A stretch of 64,000 bases of DNA from Carpediemonas membranifera BICM (taxonomy: Eukaryota > Protista > Fornicata): contig JAHDYR010000002.1 in NCBI GenBank assembly GCA_019828565.1, positions 186,001-250,000 of the forward strand. The letters are read 5' to 3'. The notes beneath the pieces are model-generated. The model searched no databases, was not told the origin of the DNA, and was given only the letters and a program-made list of their open reading frames with translations. Below are positions 47,583 to 58,669 of this stretch, in pieces (the stretch's first letter is position 1; every line of letters begins with the position of its first letter). The position numbers and the translations under genes were made by a program.

Positions 47583-49784
47583 TCAGCCAGTAGGCTTCAT
47601 CAACTTCACCAAATCTCCATGCCTCGATATAACTTGCATTGCCCTCCGCTGAGCTTCTTGTTGCTTCTGTCTTCCCATCAACAATTCGCCATGAACAGCA
47701 TTAGTCGTCTCAACGAAAGAATCATTGTGCTGCATCTCGAACCGAGTCACATGCTGCTGTTCTAGCGGCTTACGAGCCCTTCTGACAGCGTCGTCCACAT
47801 TGGTCTTAAACTGCGTTTTTGTCTTGACTTTGAGAGTATAGACGTCTGCTTCAGCGACAGACCAATAGTCATGATTAGCCTGCAGGTTCTCGAACACCTG
47901 TTCCAGAGCCGACGGATCTGGCGCAATATCTCTGAGAAGTCCGAAAAGAGGCTTGGTTACGAAGGCCATGAACCCTCTCTGCGACTCGGCCATCACTAGC
48001 GTATCCCTGTCATTATTCTGACCCACAGCATGATTCAGCTGCTTCTCCGCGTCACCCTGTACGAAGAACTCTGTCACAACACGCTCAGTCCAGGCGAGGT
48101 AGACGGGGCGAGGGCGGGCAGGGTTCGAGACGTCGGCGGCCTTCATGATGAGATTCATGAGCAGCAGGCGGTCCTCGGCCTCGGTGATGGGGGCAGTGAA
48201 GGCGCCAGAGGCAAGCTTCTCCTTGAAATTGGTCACCTCGATGTTGTGTCGCGCCATATCGGTCGCCATAACAATGCTGATCACCATCTGCCGGAACGCC
48301 ATGCGGGTCGCCTTGTCCTCTATGAGCTGATACTCGGGCTGGGCCATGATCTGGAACACACACGCGATAGAAAAGGCCTCTAGGTTCGAGCGGTCGCTGT
48401 ATCTGATAGATAGCGGGCCCTCGCAGTTAGATATGAAGGCGTTATTGACCCCGATATGGCCGTAATCGTGGATCGCCGCAGAGAATATCAGTGCGAACTT
48501 CTCCAAGTCTGTCAACAACTCACCAAACTTCCCGCCGTTGTCAGAGAGCAGCCAATACACGCCCTGGACCACGTCCGTGGCGTGGGTGGCGCTGTGGTAC
48601 TCGTTGTCGTAGTATCCAGCCTCTATCGCCAACAAGAGGGAGTTGAGCCGGACGTGATCAATACCAAACTCGCCCATCAGGCCCAGAGCTTGTATGCTGC
48701 GGTAGGCCATACCCACGAGCATGAATCTAGGGTGTCTGGCCTCCAGGTCGAAAGCGTCGAAGTCCCAGCTGTCACCCCGAGCGCCTATGGCTGAGACAAT
48801 GTTTCCATACGAGGTTCTAAAGCCCGCCGAGTTCATGCTTCTTGCCGTAGTCAGGTTAGTTGGAGTTTTGTGGAGTTGGGAGATGTCTCCGTGTCCGCCG
48901 CTGCCCGGTGCGAAAGAGGTGTGCTTGCCAAGGGTATCTAGGAACCGAAGAGTCTCGTGAGACACTTTTCGCATTTCTTTCAATGGCACGACCATATTAT
49001 GGCCACTAAGTCCTTTCACTGCATCCTTGAGCGCGTTCTTCACCTGTACGTCCCCTACTGTATGCTGGAGCCTCTGCAAGTAACCAATCAATTGATCACG
49101 GGAGGGCTTTGCGAATCGGGCGGCAGAGGCAATCTTATCAGCGAGCAGGGTCTCAAGCCCATCGTACATGGGGGTTTTCATCTGGGAATTGCGGAGGCTG
49201 AGGTTGGGTAGGACGAGAGCCAAGGCATTGAACGCGCAAAATAAGACGATGAAAAGCGAAAGAAAGAAGTAGGGTAGGACTTGGCCAATGGAGCCAGTAA
49301 GGAACACAGCGAAGCCGAATGCCACTGTAGTCTCAACTACACTCCAGCCTAGTGAGAGGAACGGGCATGGCGAGGTTTGAAGCACGGTAACCTGGCAAAG
49401 CGTCATCAGCACCATGAGAATGGGAGCAATATGAGTGTTCTCAGAGACGTAGAGGATGAGAAGAGAGCCCACGGCCAATGGGATGGTTATGAGGTGGAAC
49501 AGAGCGGTAATGCGGAACAGACGAAGGAGCATGACTAGTAGTTGTAAGAGGATGATGGTGATTGGGATAATGAGAACTAAGAGAGAGTTGCTCGCTATAA
49601 TGGCCATGGAGATGTAGGATAGCGCGAAGATGAAGGTCAGAAGCTGAACATGGAGCCCAGCAAGCCAAGATCGGTTGGAACGAACGATATTGGAGTATTC
49701 GAGACTCCGAATGGAGAGAATATCCGTCATCTTACCCCGTGCAAACGGGTCCTTAGGTGGACGAAGAACGGAACGGAAAAACAT
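47583..49784 (-). CDS. Class I 3',5'-cyclic nucleotide phosphodiesterase with N-terminal TM helices (start uncertain)
   Basis: YHSATHATDV, IHDYGH.G..N, LE, ATDM..H, ADVSNP, EFF.QGD.E. Confidence 0.95.
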   Translation of the reverse strand: MFFRSVLRPPKDPFARGKMTDILSIRSLEYSNIVRSNRSWLAGLHVQLLTFIFALSYISMAIIASNSLLVLIIPITIILLQLLVMLLRLFRITALFHLITIPLAVGSLLILYVSENTHIAPILMVLMTLCQVTVLQTSPCPFLSLGWSVVETTVAFGFAVFLTGSIGQVLPYFFLSLFIVLFCAFNALALVLPNLSLRNSQMKTPMYDGLETLLADKIASAARFAKPSRDQLIGYLQRLQHTVGDVQVKNALKDAVKGLSGHNMVVPLKEMRKVSHETLRFLDTLGKHTSFAPGSGGHGDISQLHKTPTNLTTARSMNSAGFRTSYGNIVSAIGARGDSWDFDAFDLEARHPRFMLVGMAYRSIQALGLMGEFGIDHVRLNSLLLAIEAGYYDNEYHSATHATDVVQGVYWLLSDNGGKFGELLTDLEKFALIFSAAIHDYGHIGVNNAFISNCEGPLSIRYSDRSNLEAFSIACVFQIMAQPEYQLIEDKATRMAFRQMVISIVMATDMARHNIEVTNFKEKLASGAFTAPITEAEDRLLLMNLIMKAADVSNPARPRPVYLAWTERVVTEFFVQGDAEKQLNHAVGQNNDRDTLVMAESQRGFMAFVTKPLFGLLRDIAPDPSALEQVFENLQANHDYWSVAEADVYTLKVKTKTQFKTNVDDAVRRARKPLEQQHVTRFEMQHNDSFVETTNAVHGELLMGRQKQQEAQRRAMQVISRHGDLVKLMKPTG

Positions 49785-50038
49785 GACGTTCGTCCGCGGC
49801 GTTTCGTTTGAACGCAGGATAACCGCGAAAATCTGGAACGACATAAGAGCACTGAATCAAGCCTGGCTACGAGGTGCTGGACTATGAGCGCGAGCAGCAG
49901 CCCCGGTTTTTATTCTCACTCGGCCCGAGGCGTCAGGTTTCCAGGAAAACATAAGAATAGCATGCGAGAAAATCTCGTGAATCTGAACACGTTGCCGCAT
50001 AAACAGATTCTACGTTCACTAAGCTGCCCAACACACCA

Positions 50039-51076
50039 CTACACGCCCCCTCTAGACTCAACCTCAGTCGGGTTCATCACCAGCTTCACAACTCGTCGCC
50101 CAACGTCTCCAATCCTCCCTCGAGCTGTCCGAAACTGCCCCAGCCTCTCAGCCACAGCATCCTGCCCATCGCGGTCACAGGCCCGCACAAGATCCATGAG
50201 GGTTGGGTAGACATCGACCACGGCAGCTGCGACAGAGGGGCCGGCGCCTGGGACAACGGTGAGCATACGGGACCAGAGTGCGGTGGGTGTGTTAAGTGTA
50301 TCGCGTGGTCGAGTTAGTGTGGGTGTGGTACAGAATGTGAGTAGTTCTGAATCAGATTTCTTCTCCAGTTTCCTATATATAGCGGCATATAGAGCTGCGG
50401 TTGACTCCGCATCTGGTGTCTGCACCACAGCGATGCCTCTATCAACGGTCCCTGCGAGCGCGGTGTTGAGGGCAGCCACCGTGGGCTGGCAGGCGTGTCT
50501 TGGCATGTAAGAGTGCATTCCTTCGCACACGACGGCACAAGAGACACCTGCGGCGAGCATCCTGGTCTGTTGTTCTCTGTAGTGCCCGCTCACGATGCTT
50601 GCGGCGAGGTCGGTGGCGTTTTTTCGTTCGAGGATTGGAGGGATGGTATGGCCGGACGGATAGTGGATAAAGGAGACGTCACCGACTGCAAGGTTCGCTT
50701 GGATGGCTGGTACGTGCCGCTTTTGGAGTGATTCGAGGAAATTGAAGCGTTTTGACGAGCGTTTCGAATTGAATTCGCGAAAATCGACCTTCACGAGAAT
50801 ACGAAGAGGTGAAAGGGTAGGGCCAGTGTACTCTTTCTGTGTATATACCAAATCGCCTTCATACATGGCACGAAAGACAACTCCCTTCTCAACCAATGTA
50901 TAGAGCTCCTTACGGATCTGAGAAACAGTGGCATCATGCTCCAACTCCATAGAACATATGATATCTTCCTCTGTAAGCGGAACCTGGCCCGAATCAGCGA
51001 AGAGAACCTCCAGCGCGTATCGAAGCACTGTCGGTTTCATCGCTGACTCAACCGACTCGACTTGCCTTCGAGTCAT
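50039..51076 (-). CDS. MUS81: Mus81-like ERCC4 structure-specific endonuclease
   Basis: VDFRE, GDV, ERK...DLAASI..G.Y.EQ, C-terminal HhH (VPGAG, RIG). Confidence 0.88.
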   Translation of the reverse strand: MTRRQVESVESAMKPTVLRYALEVLFADSGQVPLTEEDIICSMELEHDATVSQIRKELYTLVEKGVVFRAMYEGDLVYTQKEYTGPTLSPLRILVKVDFREFNSKRSSKRFNFLESLQKRHVPAIQANLAVGDVSFIHYPSGHTIPPILERKNATDLAASIVSGHYREQQTRMLAAGVSCAVVCEGMHSYMPRHACQPTVAALNTALAGTVDRGIAVVQTPDAESTAALYAAIYRKLEKKSDSELLTFCTTPTLTRPRDTLNTPTALWSRMLTVVPGAGPSVAAAVVDVYPTLMDLVRACDRDGQDAVAERLGQFRTARGRIGDVGRRVVKLVMNPTEVESRGGV

Positions 51077-51603
51077 GCGTTGGCCGGATCACCGACCCTC
51101 TCCGCCCAAGCCGAGCTATCTTTATGGTGGATGGCATAACCTTCGGGCAGGCCTTGGGCGCTGTTGCCTGAAGCCATGAGGAAGTGCCTCTGACGAGGGC
51201 AAGGGATGAACTAAGTGATATGACTGGATATGCTGGGTAGATCTTGTCCGTAAACTGCAACTCACGAGCAGTGAGACTCACGCCTTGACTCACGCATTAA
51301 ACTGAGGGAGAATGAATGAGGGCGTCTTCCAGCATTTGGGGCGAAACGCCAGCTAATTTCACTTGAACCGGCCCATGAATCAGTGACTCAATCACGATCC
51401 CATCCAATCTCGAGATCTATATCCAAGATTGTACCCAACCGCCTCTTCTGGATTAATGAAAAACGCATTCTCCAGCCTGCTTCACCAACCCACAGCATCT
51501 CCTCACCGCGTCCCTTCCCAGTTTCATTGCGTGTTCCTGTTTATTTGGCGGCCGCGCTCCAATCAGCACGGCACGTCTAAATATACATGCATATGTTACA
51601 ACA

Positions 51604-52236
51604 TCAAGTTTCCTGCTTCTTCGGGTGTCTCGGGGTAGTACTTTTCGAGGAATCTCTGGACGAGTCGCTTTGTTCCTGCCTCCTTTGTACTAAATCATCT
51701 AGGGCTGAGAGATACTTGGCATGGCGCTCTGGGGCGATGGTAAGCTTGAATTGGCAGATTCGCAGGAAGTCCATCTCGTACTTATTGAGAAGGGACAGAG
51801 GGATGTTGCCTATCCAGGCCCAACTCTTGTTATCAAGAGGGGTGTCGACGTAGTACTTCTGAGCAAGCATCATAGACGTCAAGGTGATGGTATTGACGTT
51901 GTTCTTGGTGAGGAAGAACTTCTGTCGTCCTCGGCTAGGCTCAGTGAGGACCTTATCGATGTATAAGATGCCGATGACGAAGACGTCCTTGGGGATTTCG
52001 GAGTACTTGGCAATTCGCCTCACGATGTCGTATAGAGAGAGTGAGGAACTACGCAATGGTACATATTCGAACAAATCCATGGAACTTCCTTGTATTGCTG
52101 CCCGCTCTTCACGTTTCAGACTCTCTTTCAGAAGATACCAGATACAATTGACCGTCGAACGGACAACTGCTTCTCCAACTACTCCAAAGCTCTTAAATTG
52201 GTTAACAACAACCTTCTTTCGCACACTTGCGGGCAT
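51604..52236 (-). CDS. Pho80/P-type (cyclin U-like) cyclin
   Basis: RIAKYS...FVIGILYIDK...NV..ITLTSMMLAQKYYVD...NKSWAWIG.....LNKYEMDFL. Confidence 0.9.
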   Translation of the reverse strand: MPASVRKKVVVNQFKSFGVVGEAVVRSTVNCIWYLLKESLKREERAAIQGSSMDLFEYVPLRSSSLSLYDIVRRIAKYSEIPKDVFVIGILYIDKVLTEPSRGRQKFFLTKNNVNTITLTSMMLAQKYYVDTPLDNKSWAWIGNIPLSLLNKYEMDFLRICQFKLTIAPERHAKYLSALDDLVQRRQEQSDSSRDSSKSTTPRHPKKQET

Positions 52237-52661
52237 GTTGCTTGCAAGCCCAAGGTCGTCAATTTCACGCAGTTTAGCCCGAGACCGATCGGTCGAAATA
52301 GATAGAGTCAGCAGCGCACAATGAGAGACTGGCCCACAGAAGGCGGATAAGACTCAACCGCCAGCGTATAATTCCATTTTTAGATTTTTCATTGGCGATA
52401 CGGCAACAACGCGACGGTACGTAGTACTGGTTCCAATTATACGAATGAACTAGACATGTTGAGAGGCGTGTTTTGCTCAATCCAGCGCACTGACTTCATT
52501 TTTTCATTCTTTGGTCATCTTGAAAAAAGTCTGCCCTCGCCATGACAAGGTGCCGCCGGAAGACCACTCAAGACCAAAAAAAGCTGCGCTCAATACGGAC
52601 TCAGAACAACACCTATAGTGCTTCTAAGGCGGCTAAGAGTCTCATGCCAATCGTCCCAAAG

Positions 52662-53763
52662 TTAGAAGTTTAGCCTGCTGATAATAGCCGCCCCGTCATC
52701 GCCAACGGTGACTACTACCACACCTCCGTCTACTGCGCGGACTGCCATGTTGTTGACTTCGCCGTCATGCTCGGTTGTATACGTCGCGACGAGTCCGAAG
52801 CCTGCCTCCGACTCGCCCAGCACAGTGCATCCGCCGGCCGGGGCTCCACGCTTGAAGACAAAGACCTTGGACTCCGCTCCGGTCACAAACACGCGATCGC
52901 CCAGCCACACAACCCTGATTGGTACGAACTTCGTAAATCCCACAATGGTCTGGACCACCTCGTAGCCCTCGCCTGCAGGCCGCCACAGCTTCATGGAGAG
53001 ATCAGACGATACTGTAACAAACTCTTTGCCTTGGGGGGCCCACGCAACGTCCCACACCGTTGCTCTGTGGGCCTCGGTGCCATGGGCATCCGTGGGGTGG
53101 ACCTCGGCTGTCTCAGGAGGCACAGGGGACTTGGAGCCCCACACGTGCTCCCATTCCATGCCCTCCTGGCCGTCGTAGACCTGTACGGTGTTGTCGTAAG
53201 AGGCAGAGGCGAGAATATCCTCTGTCGGATGGAACGAGACAACCTTGACGTCCTGAACGTGCTTGCCCTCGATAACATCCATGCACTCGTAGTCGCCCAT
53301 CTCATTGTCCTGCCAAACAACAACCTTCCTGTCTCTGGCGGTGGAGGCGAGCAGCAGGCCGTCGTGGGACCAAGAGACGCTCTTCACCTCGTTAGAGTGG
53401 CCATCCAGAGGGTCAACGGCCTTCATACGAGGCTCTTCAGACTCCTCCTCGGCACTCCCAGGCAGGATTGACCATATGTGGACCTTGGCGTCGAAACAGG
53501 CTGCGGCAACGCGCTTCGAGTCCGGGCTGAAGCGAACGGAACGCACTGTGGTGGGCCCCTGCGGAGTGCGGATGTCCTGCTTGGACACCTGTACGTATTT
53601 CCCTTCTGTATTGCGCTGGTACAAGAACAGGAGGCCGTCACTGCCGCCAGTCACCATGCACTCGCCGTTGGGGGAGATATCCACGGCCCAAACGGGACTA
53701 AGATGATCTGCGTCATCGAAACTATGCTGTAAACGAACCCTTGTACACTGCTAGCTTCTCCAT
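52662..53763 (-). CDS. CIA1: WD40 protein Cia1/CIAO1 (cytosolic Fe-S assembly); intron 53708-53738
   Basis: FDA, GHSNEVKSVSWS, RDRKV.VW, H.QDVK.V.FHP...LASASYDNT; 31-nt intron supplies the MEKLAVYK-DHLSPVWAV start. Confidence 0.9.
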
Positions 53764-53993
53764 GCGTCGTTGTCCAATTATCGATTTTCCTTCCAAGGGC
53801 GCTCGACAACATGCCATGCCAAATGATGAGCGACCTGAGCAGCTGGGAAGCCGCTGAGGCCCAACCAGGCTTGCCTTCACTCGCATTGCCGGCCGTTTAC
53901 ATAAATATCCACACAGGCCGACCCCCAACCTAGCTTTATCTACGGAAATCACCCAGCCCACCAAAACCACAAACTCCAAGGCATACCGATCAC

Positions 53994-54944
53994 CTACACA
54001 TACGACCCTCGCGAGACTTCAAGATACGACCGACCGCTGTATAGGAAGGGATGTTCCATCACTTGTACTGCTGTGAGACGACGCTTTGGATCTCCCACTA
54101 AAAGTCGTCCGGCTAAGTCGGCCAAATCTGGATCTGTATCCGGAATCAATCTCGAGATTGACTGCGGTTCACTCTGATCAAAACAAATCTTCTCATAATC
54201 CGGCAATCCCCTTGCATCCGGCCAATTATCGTCCGACGGCGTTCCAACGAATCTAAGCACTGTTCCAAGCTGTGGTATGTCTCCATCCTCCATAAACGGC
54301 GGTCGACCCGTCGACATTTCCACAATTATAATACCCAGCGCCCACATATCAGCTGGAGTTCCATATTCTGTATCTCCAAACAAGATCTCGGGCGGTCTAT
54401 ACCATCGAGACCCCGGTTGGGGGGTGAGTGGCCTCCCGTCAAGGGCGCACGTGTGACCGAAGTCTGTGATTACAGCGTTTCCATTCGCGTCTACAAGGAT
54501 GTTTCCAGGTTTGAGGTCACGATGAACGAAACTTCGGGAGTGAAGATACGCAAGACCGGCTGATACGTGGCGGATGACGTGGCGTATGGCTGGAAGAGGG
54601 AGCGGGCGGGCCTTTTGCAAGTTGTGCAGGTCCGTATGGAAGAAGGGAAGCACGAGGCAGACGGCCATTTCATCAGCGAATACGTCGAGGAGCTCAATGA
54701 TGTTGGGATGGTCAAGAACGCGGAGAATAGCAATCTCTCGGAATACTGCGAGGCTATTGCGCTTCTGGATGGCTTGAGGGCCCATATTGGTGTTCGACGG
54801 TGGAGACGCAGCATCCTCAATGCGAAGACTGGTCCCAGAAAGCTTCTTGATCACAATAGCCAGCGAATCCATCCGTCTAATTCCTTTGTAGATGCTTCCG
54901 AAGCCTCCCTCCGTCAGGTATTGCACATGCGTGTACTTTTCCAT
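53994..54944 (-). CDS. Cyclin-dependent kinase family protein (CDK20/CDK7-like)
   Basis: HRDLKPGN, DFG, SRWYRPPEILFG, GTP....WP....LPDY.KI.F. Confidence 0.88.
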   Translation of the reverse strand: MEKYTHVQYLTEGGFGSIYKGIRRMDSLAIVIKKLSGTSLRIEDAASPPSNTNMGPQAIQKRNSLAVFREIAILRVLDHPNIIELLDVFADEMAVCLVLPFFHTDLHNLQKARPLPLPAIRHVIRHVSAGLAYLHSRSFVHRDLKPGNILVDANGNAVITDFGHTCALDGRPLTPQPGSRWYRPPEILFGDTEYGTPADMWALGIIIVEMSTGRPPFMEDGDIPQLGTVLRFVGTPSDDNWPDARGLPDYEKICFDQSEPQSISRLIPDTDPDLADLAGRLLVGDPKRRLTAVQVMEHPFLYSGRSYLEVSRGSYV

Positions 54945-55242
54945 CGGTGCTTGGCCAGAGAAATTATTCGAGTCGCAACTGAAGTCGTATGGTGGCGAGT
55001 TGGCCGAGTAAATGCGTTGGCAGGGCTGGGTTGATGTCCTGTGGTTCTAGGTTGATCTGACTCCTCGCAACAGGCGCAGATTAGACGCTTGAAGTGTCCA
55101 GTGGTTTTTGGGTCAGTAAGATGCTCCGTTGTGGGCATATATGACGCTAAATGCGCTACCTTGCGCTGCGTTGGCCGAAACTCCCGAGTATTTTTGGCGC
55201 ACTTTTGGGCACATCTTGCGCGGCAAGCATCAACGCCAAGTG

Positions 55243-58200
55243 ATGCCGAGCCAACAGCTACCAAACTTCACATTTGACGACGATGAAGGCTATGATGACG
55301 AGACTCTCTATCTGCTGATCGCTGACGCATGCACTGAGCTGAAATCCCATTTCATTGCCATTCAGACGTCCTCGGACACTGAAGAGGACGAAAAGACCGC
55401 AGTTCTCCAATCAATTCATGATTTGAACTCCTATTGCAAGCGTATTCCTCCTCAGCAGATTGATATTGCCATTCCCCCCATCGCTGACCTTCTCAAGACG
55501 TTCCATGCCACCGTAAGCGATATACACACGGTGATGCCCCACAAGATCGCCACAGAAGCGTTCAATAGCCTGGTTAAAGCCGCTTCCACGGCCACTGAGC
55601 CCCTCTCTGGCTCGTCCCAGCGCGCTCTTCTTCAAACCCTCGTCCCCCTCATCTCTCTCGCAGGTGCTGTCGACGCAGGCATCTCGTTCTCAGCAAAGGT
55701 CCTCCGCTGGCCCGCCATGGCCGCAGAGATGGCCCAGAGCGTCCTCCCACTCTTGTCTTCGCCAGCAAGACTCTTGCTAACATTTATACAGCACGCAGCC
55801 GTCGCCGCGGTAGACAAGGCCGACGCCCGTGCAGCTACAGTCGATGCTATCCTTAAACTGCTCGACTCAACAGCCTCAGAGGACATTATCGCGCCCCTCG
55901 CCGAGTTCCTCAACCGCCTCTCTGCGTCAACCCACACCGCTCACAGGGTCACCGCAGGCAGACTCGCAGCAGGCGTCCTGACCCGATTGGTCCCCACCGA
56001 CGCGCCTGTAGAGATAACTGAGGCAGATACCCCATCCAGCAAGCTGTACCAGTGTCTCCTCCGCCTATGCGACGATACTACTGCCAAGGCAAGCATCGCC
56101 GGCCTCTCTGGCCTGGGCGATGTCTGCTCCTCCGCCTACCTCGCGCCCAAGGCCGTCCTCACTGCCGATGTCTCCTGCCTCCTCACCCACACCGCCACAC
56201 GCCTCAGTGACCCAGCCCCACTGGTCCGTAGAGCTGCGCTCATTGCCACCCATCGCATACTGACTCTCCTATGCCCTAGCTCTGCTGAGGACGGAAGAGT
56301 GGTCGACTCTGGCGTTCGCCTGGCCATGTCGCGGTCTATGGCACGTGGGTCGTGGCTGTTCTTCGCTGAGGCAGCCGCACTACGCTGTCTTGACTCCTCA
56401 ACGGCAGTGTCGAAGGCGGCAATCGTCGGGCTCAGCGGACTCATCACTGCTGTCATCACGGACCCACTTCCTGACACCCCCCATGCCAGAGCAACAGTCC
56501 AAGCCAGGGCTGCAGCACTGGGCGCCATGAGTGTGCGTTATCTACTCTCGCTGGCGCCATCCACCACTTGCCCCGAAGTTTCAGTACATGTGTGCGCCAC
56601 AGATTTACTAGGCGCCATGTTTTGTGGAACCGACACTGCAAACTCGTTCTTACAAGGCATGCTTGGCCCTAACGCGGTCACTCCAGCCATCCTCTCCTCA
56701 TACGTCGCCCTCATTGCAGCCAGGGCTGAGTTCACTGGCGCTGAGGCTGCCCTGGACGCCGTACTCGACCATGACCAGACTGGAGAGACTGAGGTCGTCT
56801 CCTGGGCTGTATTATCGGCCCTGGCACATAAGGCAACCACCCGCCAGGCGGCCAGGATAGTTGACCGAGCACACACGCTGGTCACAGGTTCACCCGCGGC
56901 CCCGGCCACACCCTATGCCATCAGCGCAGTCGAAGCTCTGTTCCTTGCCCCACACGTCCGCCTCTCCACGGAAACTCTCAAACCATTCGTAGCATCAATG
57001 CTCGGGGCAATACCCGCGGCAAACTCTTTTGCACTCACGAGAGCAGCTCTAAGGTTCGTCGGACAAGTGTGGACGGATGCTCAGTTCGACGTGTTTGAGG
57101 CAAGGAGGGACATGAGTCGACTTCTCGGTACTATTCTTGGAACTGTGTCGACAGCACTGGCTGATGCCGCTGATCACACAGAGCATGCGATGAGGGGACT
57201 ATACACCTTGCTGGAGATCCTCCTTGTGGTTGACAAGACCTCTGTCGCATGCGTTGCCGATAAGATCGAGGCTGAGCTCGTCTCCACCCTCCAGTCGAAC
57301 CCAACCCCGCCCCTCAGGTCCATATCCCTGGGTGTGCTCGGCGCTATGTGCCTATCCCAACCAGACCGTGCGCCACGCCACTTGCCACTGTTTAATATGG
57401 AGCGGCAGACCAGCAGGAGTCCCATAGTGAGAGCAACAGCAACTGTTGCCTTGGCTGATATGTGTCTGCTTGACCCGGGCCAATCTGAACCGTACATACT
57501 GGCGATCACACACGCACTGGCTGACCCAAGCACTCTCGTAAGAACACAGGCAATCGCACTTTTAGGTCGGCTTATTCTCTCTGAATATGTGAAGGTAAGG
57601 ACGCCCGTGTTCTTCCATATTGTCAGAGCACTCGCAGATAAGGACGATGAGGCGAGAAACCTGGCAAGGTTCGTCATGGACGCGATCATCCGAGCAAAGG
57701 ATAGTGGTAGAATGGTCGTTCTCGTCACCGAGGCGGCATTTGTCCTCACAGGAACGAAAGCAGGACCGTTCAACGCTTTTTCAGCATCTAGAGCAGATAG
57801 GGAAGCTCTCAAGCTGACATCGGACCCTGATCGGCGATACATCCTCCGTACACTCGCTGGCTTTGTCGCTGAAGACCGGCGTCGTCTAGTTGCTGCCAAG
57901 ATTGTGGTAGACATTCTCAAACCAGTGGCTTTTGAAGAATACCCCTTCGAAGAAGTCGGGCCCGCGGTGAAGGATGTCCTGCTGCTCATCCAGGACAAGG
58001 ACGTGATCGGGGGCGGCGGGTGTTCGCTCGAGGCTCTGGTTGAACTCGCGGTGCCCATTGTGTTGGATACTTATCGTATGCTGAAGGAAAAGTCGCCGAG
58101 AGATGCTAAGCTCGCGCTCCAGGTGCTACAGGCGCTCGAGGAGGAATGCGCTGGTAACGCAGCCGAGGGAGCTTTCAAGGCGGCCTTTGCTAAGCAGTCG

Positions 58201-58404
58201 AAGCAGTTCCAAGCTGAGTACGCCGGGCTGGCGGAGGATGAGGCTGAGGCAGAGGAGGCGCCCACCCTCAAGACCCCCGGCGTCAGATTTATCGCGAATA
58301 GGACACCAGACATGGCAATGCTGGCGACACCATTTACTGTGAGGCCGGCAGCCGTCACGCCAAGCCAAGCGGTGCTGCTGAGGACGCCTGTGTTGAGGGA
58401 ATGA
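55243..58404 (+). CDS. Condensin HEAT-repeat subunit, CAP-D3-like
   Basis: HEAT repeats; Cnd1-type region ALADMC...LADP..LVR...L..LI..EYVKVR..FF....LAD; C-terminal TP sites. Confidence 0.78.
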   Translation: MPSQQLPNFTFDDDEGYDDETLYLLIADACTELKSHFIAIQTSSDTEEDEKTAVLQSIHDLNSYCKRIPPQQIDIAIPPIADLLKTFHATVSDIHTVMPHKIATEAFNSLVKAASTATEPLSGSSQRALLQTLVPLISLAGAVDAGISFSAKVLRWPAMAAEMAQSVLPLLSSPARLLLTFIQHAAVAAVDKADARAATVDAILKLLDSTASEDIIAPLAEFLNRLSASTHTAHRVTAGRLAAGVLTRLVPTDAPVEITEADTPSSKLYQCLLRLCDDTTAKASIAGLSGLGDVCSSAYLAPKAVLTADVSCLLTHTATRLSDPAPLVRRAALIATHRILTLLCPSSAEDGRVVDSGVRLAMSRSMARGSWLFFAEAAALRCLDSSTAVSKAAIVGLSGLITAVITDPLPDTPHARATVQARAAALGAMSVRYLLSLAPSTTCPEVSVHVCATDLLGAMFCGTDTANSFLQGMLGPNAVTPAILSSYVALIAARAEFTGAEAALDAVLDHDQTGETEVVSWAVLSALAHKATTRQAARIVDRAHTLVTGSPAAPATPYAISAVEALFLAPHVRLSTETLKPFVASMLGAIPAANSFALTRAALRFVGQVWTDAQFDVFEARRDMSRLLGTILGTVSTALADAADHTEHAMRGLYTLLEILLVVDKTSVACVADKIEAELVSTLQSNPTPPLRSISLGVLGAMCLSQPDRAPRHLPLFNMERQTSRSPIVRATATVALADMCLLDPGQSEPYILAITHALADPSTLVRTQAIALLGRLILSEYVKVRTPVFFHIVRALADKDDEARNLARFVMDAIIRAKDSGRMVVLVTEAAFVLTGTKAGPFNAFSASRADREALKLTSDPDRRYILRTLAGFVAEDRRRLVAAKIVVDILKPVAFEEYPFEEVGPAVKDVLLLIQDKDVIGGGGCSLEALVELAVPIVLDTYRMLKEKSPRDAKLALQVLQALEEECAGNAAEGAFKAAFAKQSKQFQAEYAGLAEDEAEAEEAPTLKTPGVRFIANRTPDMAMLATPFTVRPAAVTPSQAVLLRTPVLRE

Positions 58405-58669
58405 GTGTCGTGATTTATGTAGTAGTCGATTAAACACGTAAACAGTGAAGGTGCCAGTTGTAGAGTGAGGAGCTTGGTGGTCAAGGGCTGTTGACTCATT
58501 TTCCGCTTGATCCGGCCGGACAAGAGCAAATAATACTGCTTTAATCAGGCGGGCGACTCAGCCACCCCCTCTCGATCCATGCTCCAGATTATGTCAGCTG
58601 TAGATCGACTGAGATCGCGGCAGTCGAGTCGAATCATCGAATCATTCTCTCCATATCAGAAGAAGGACC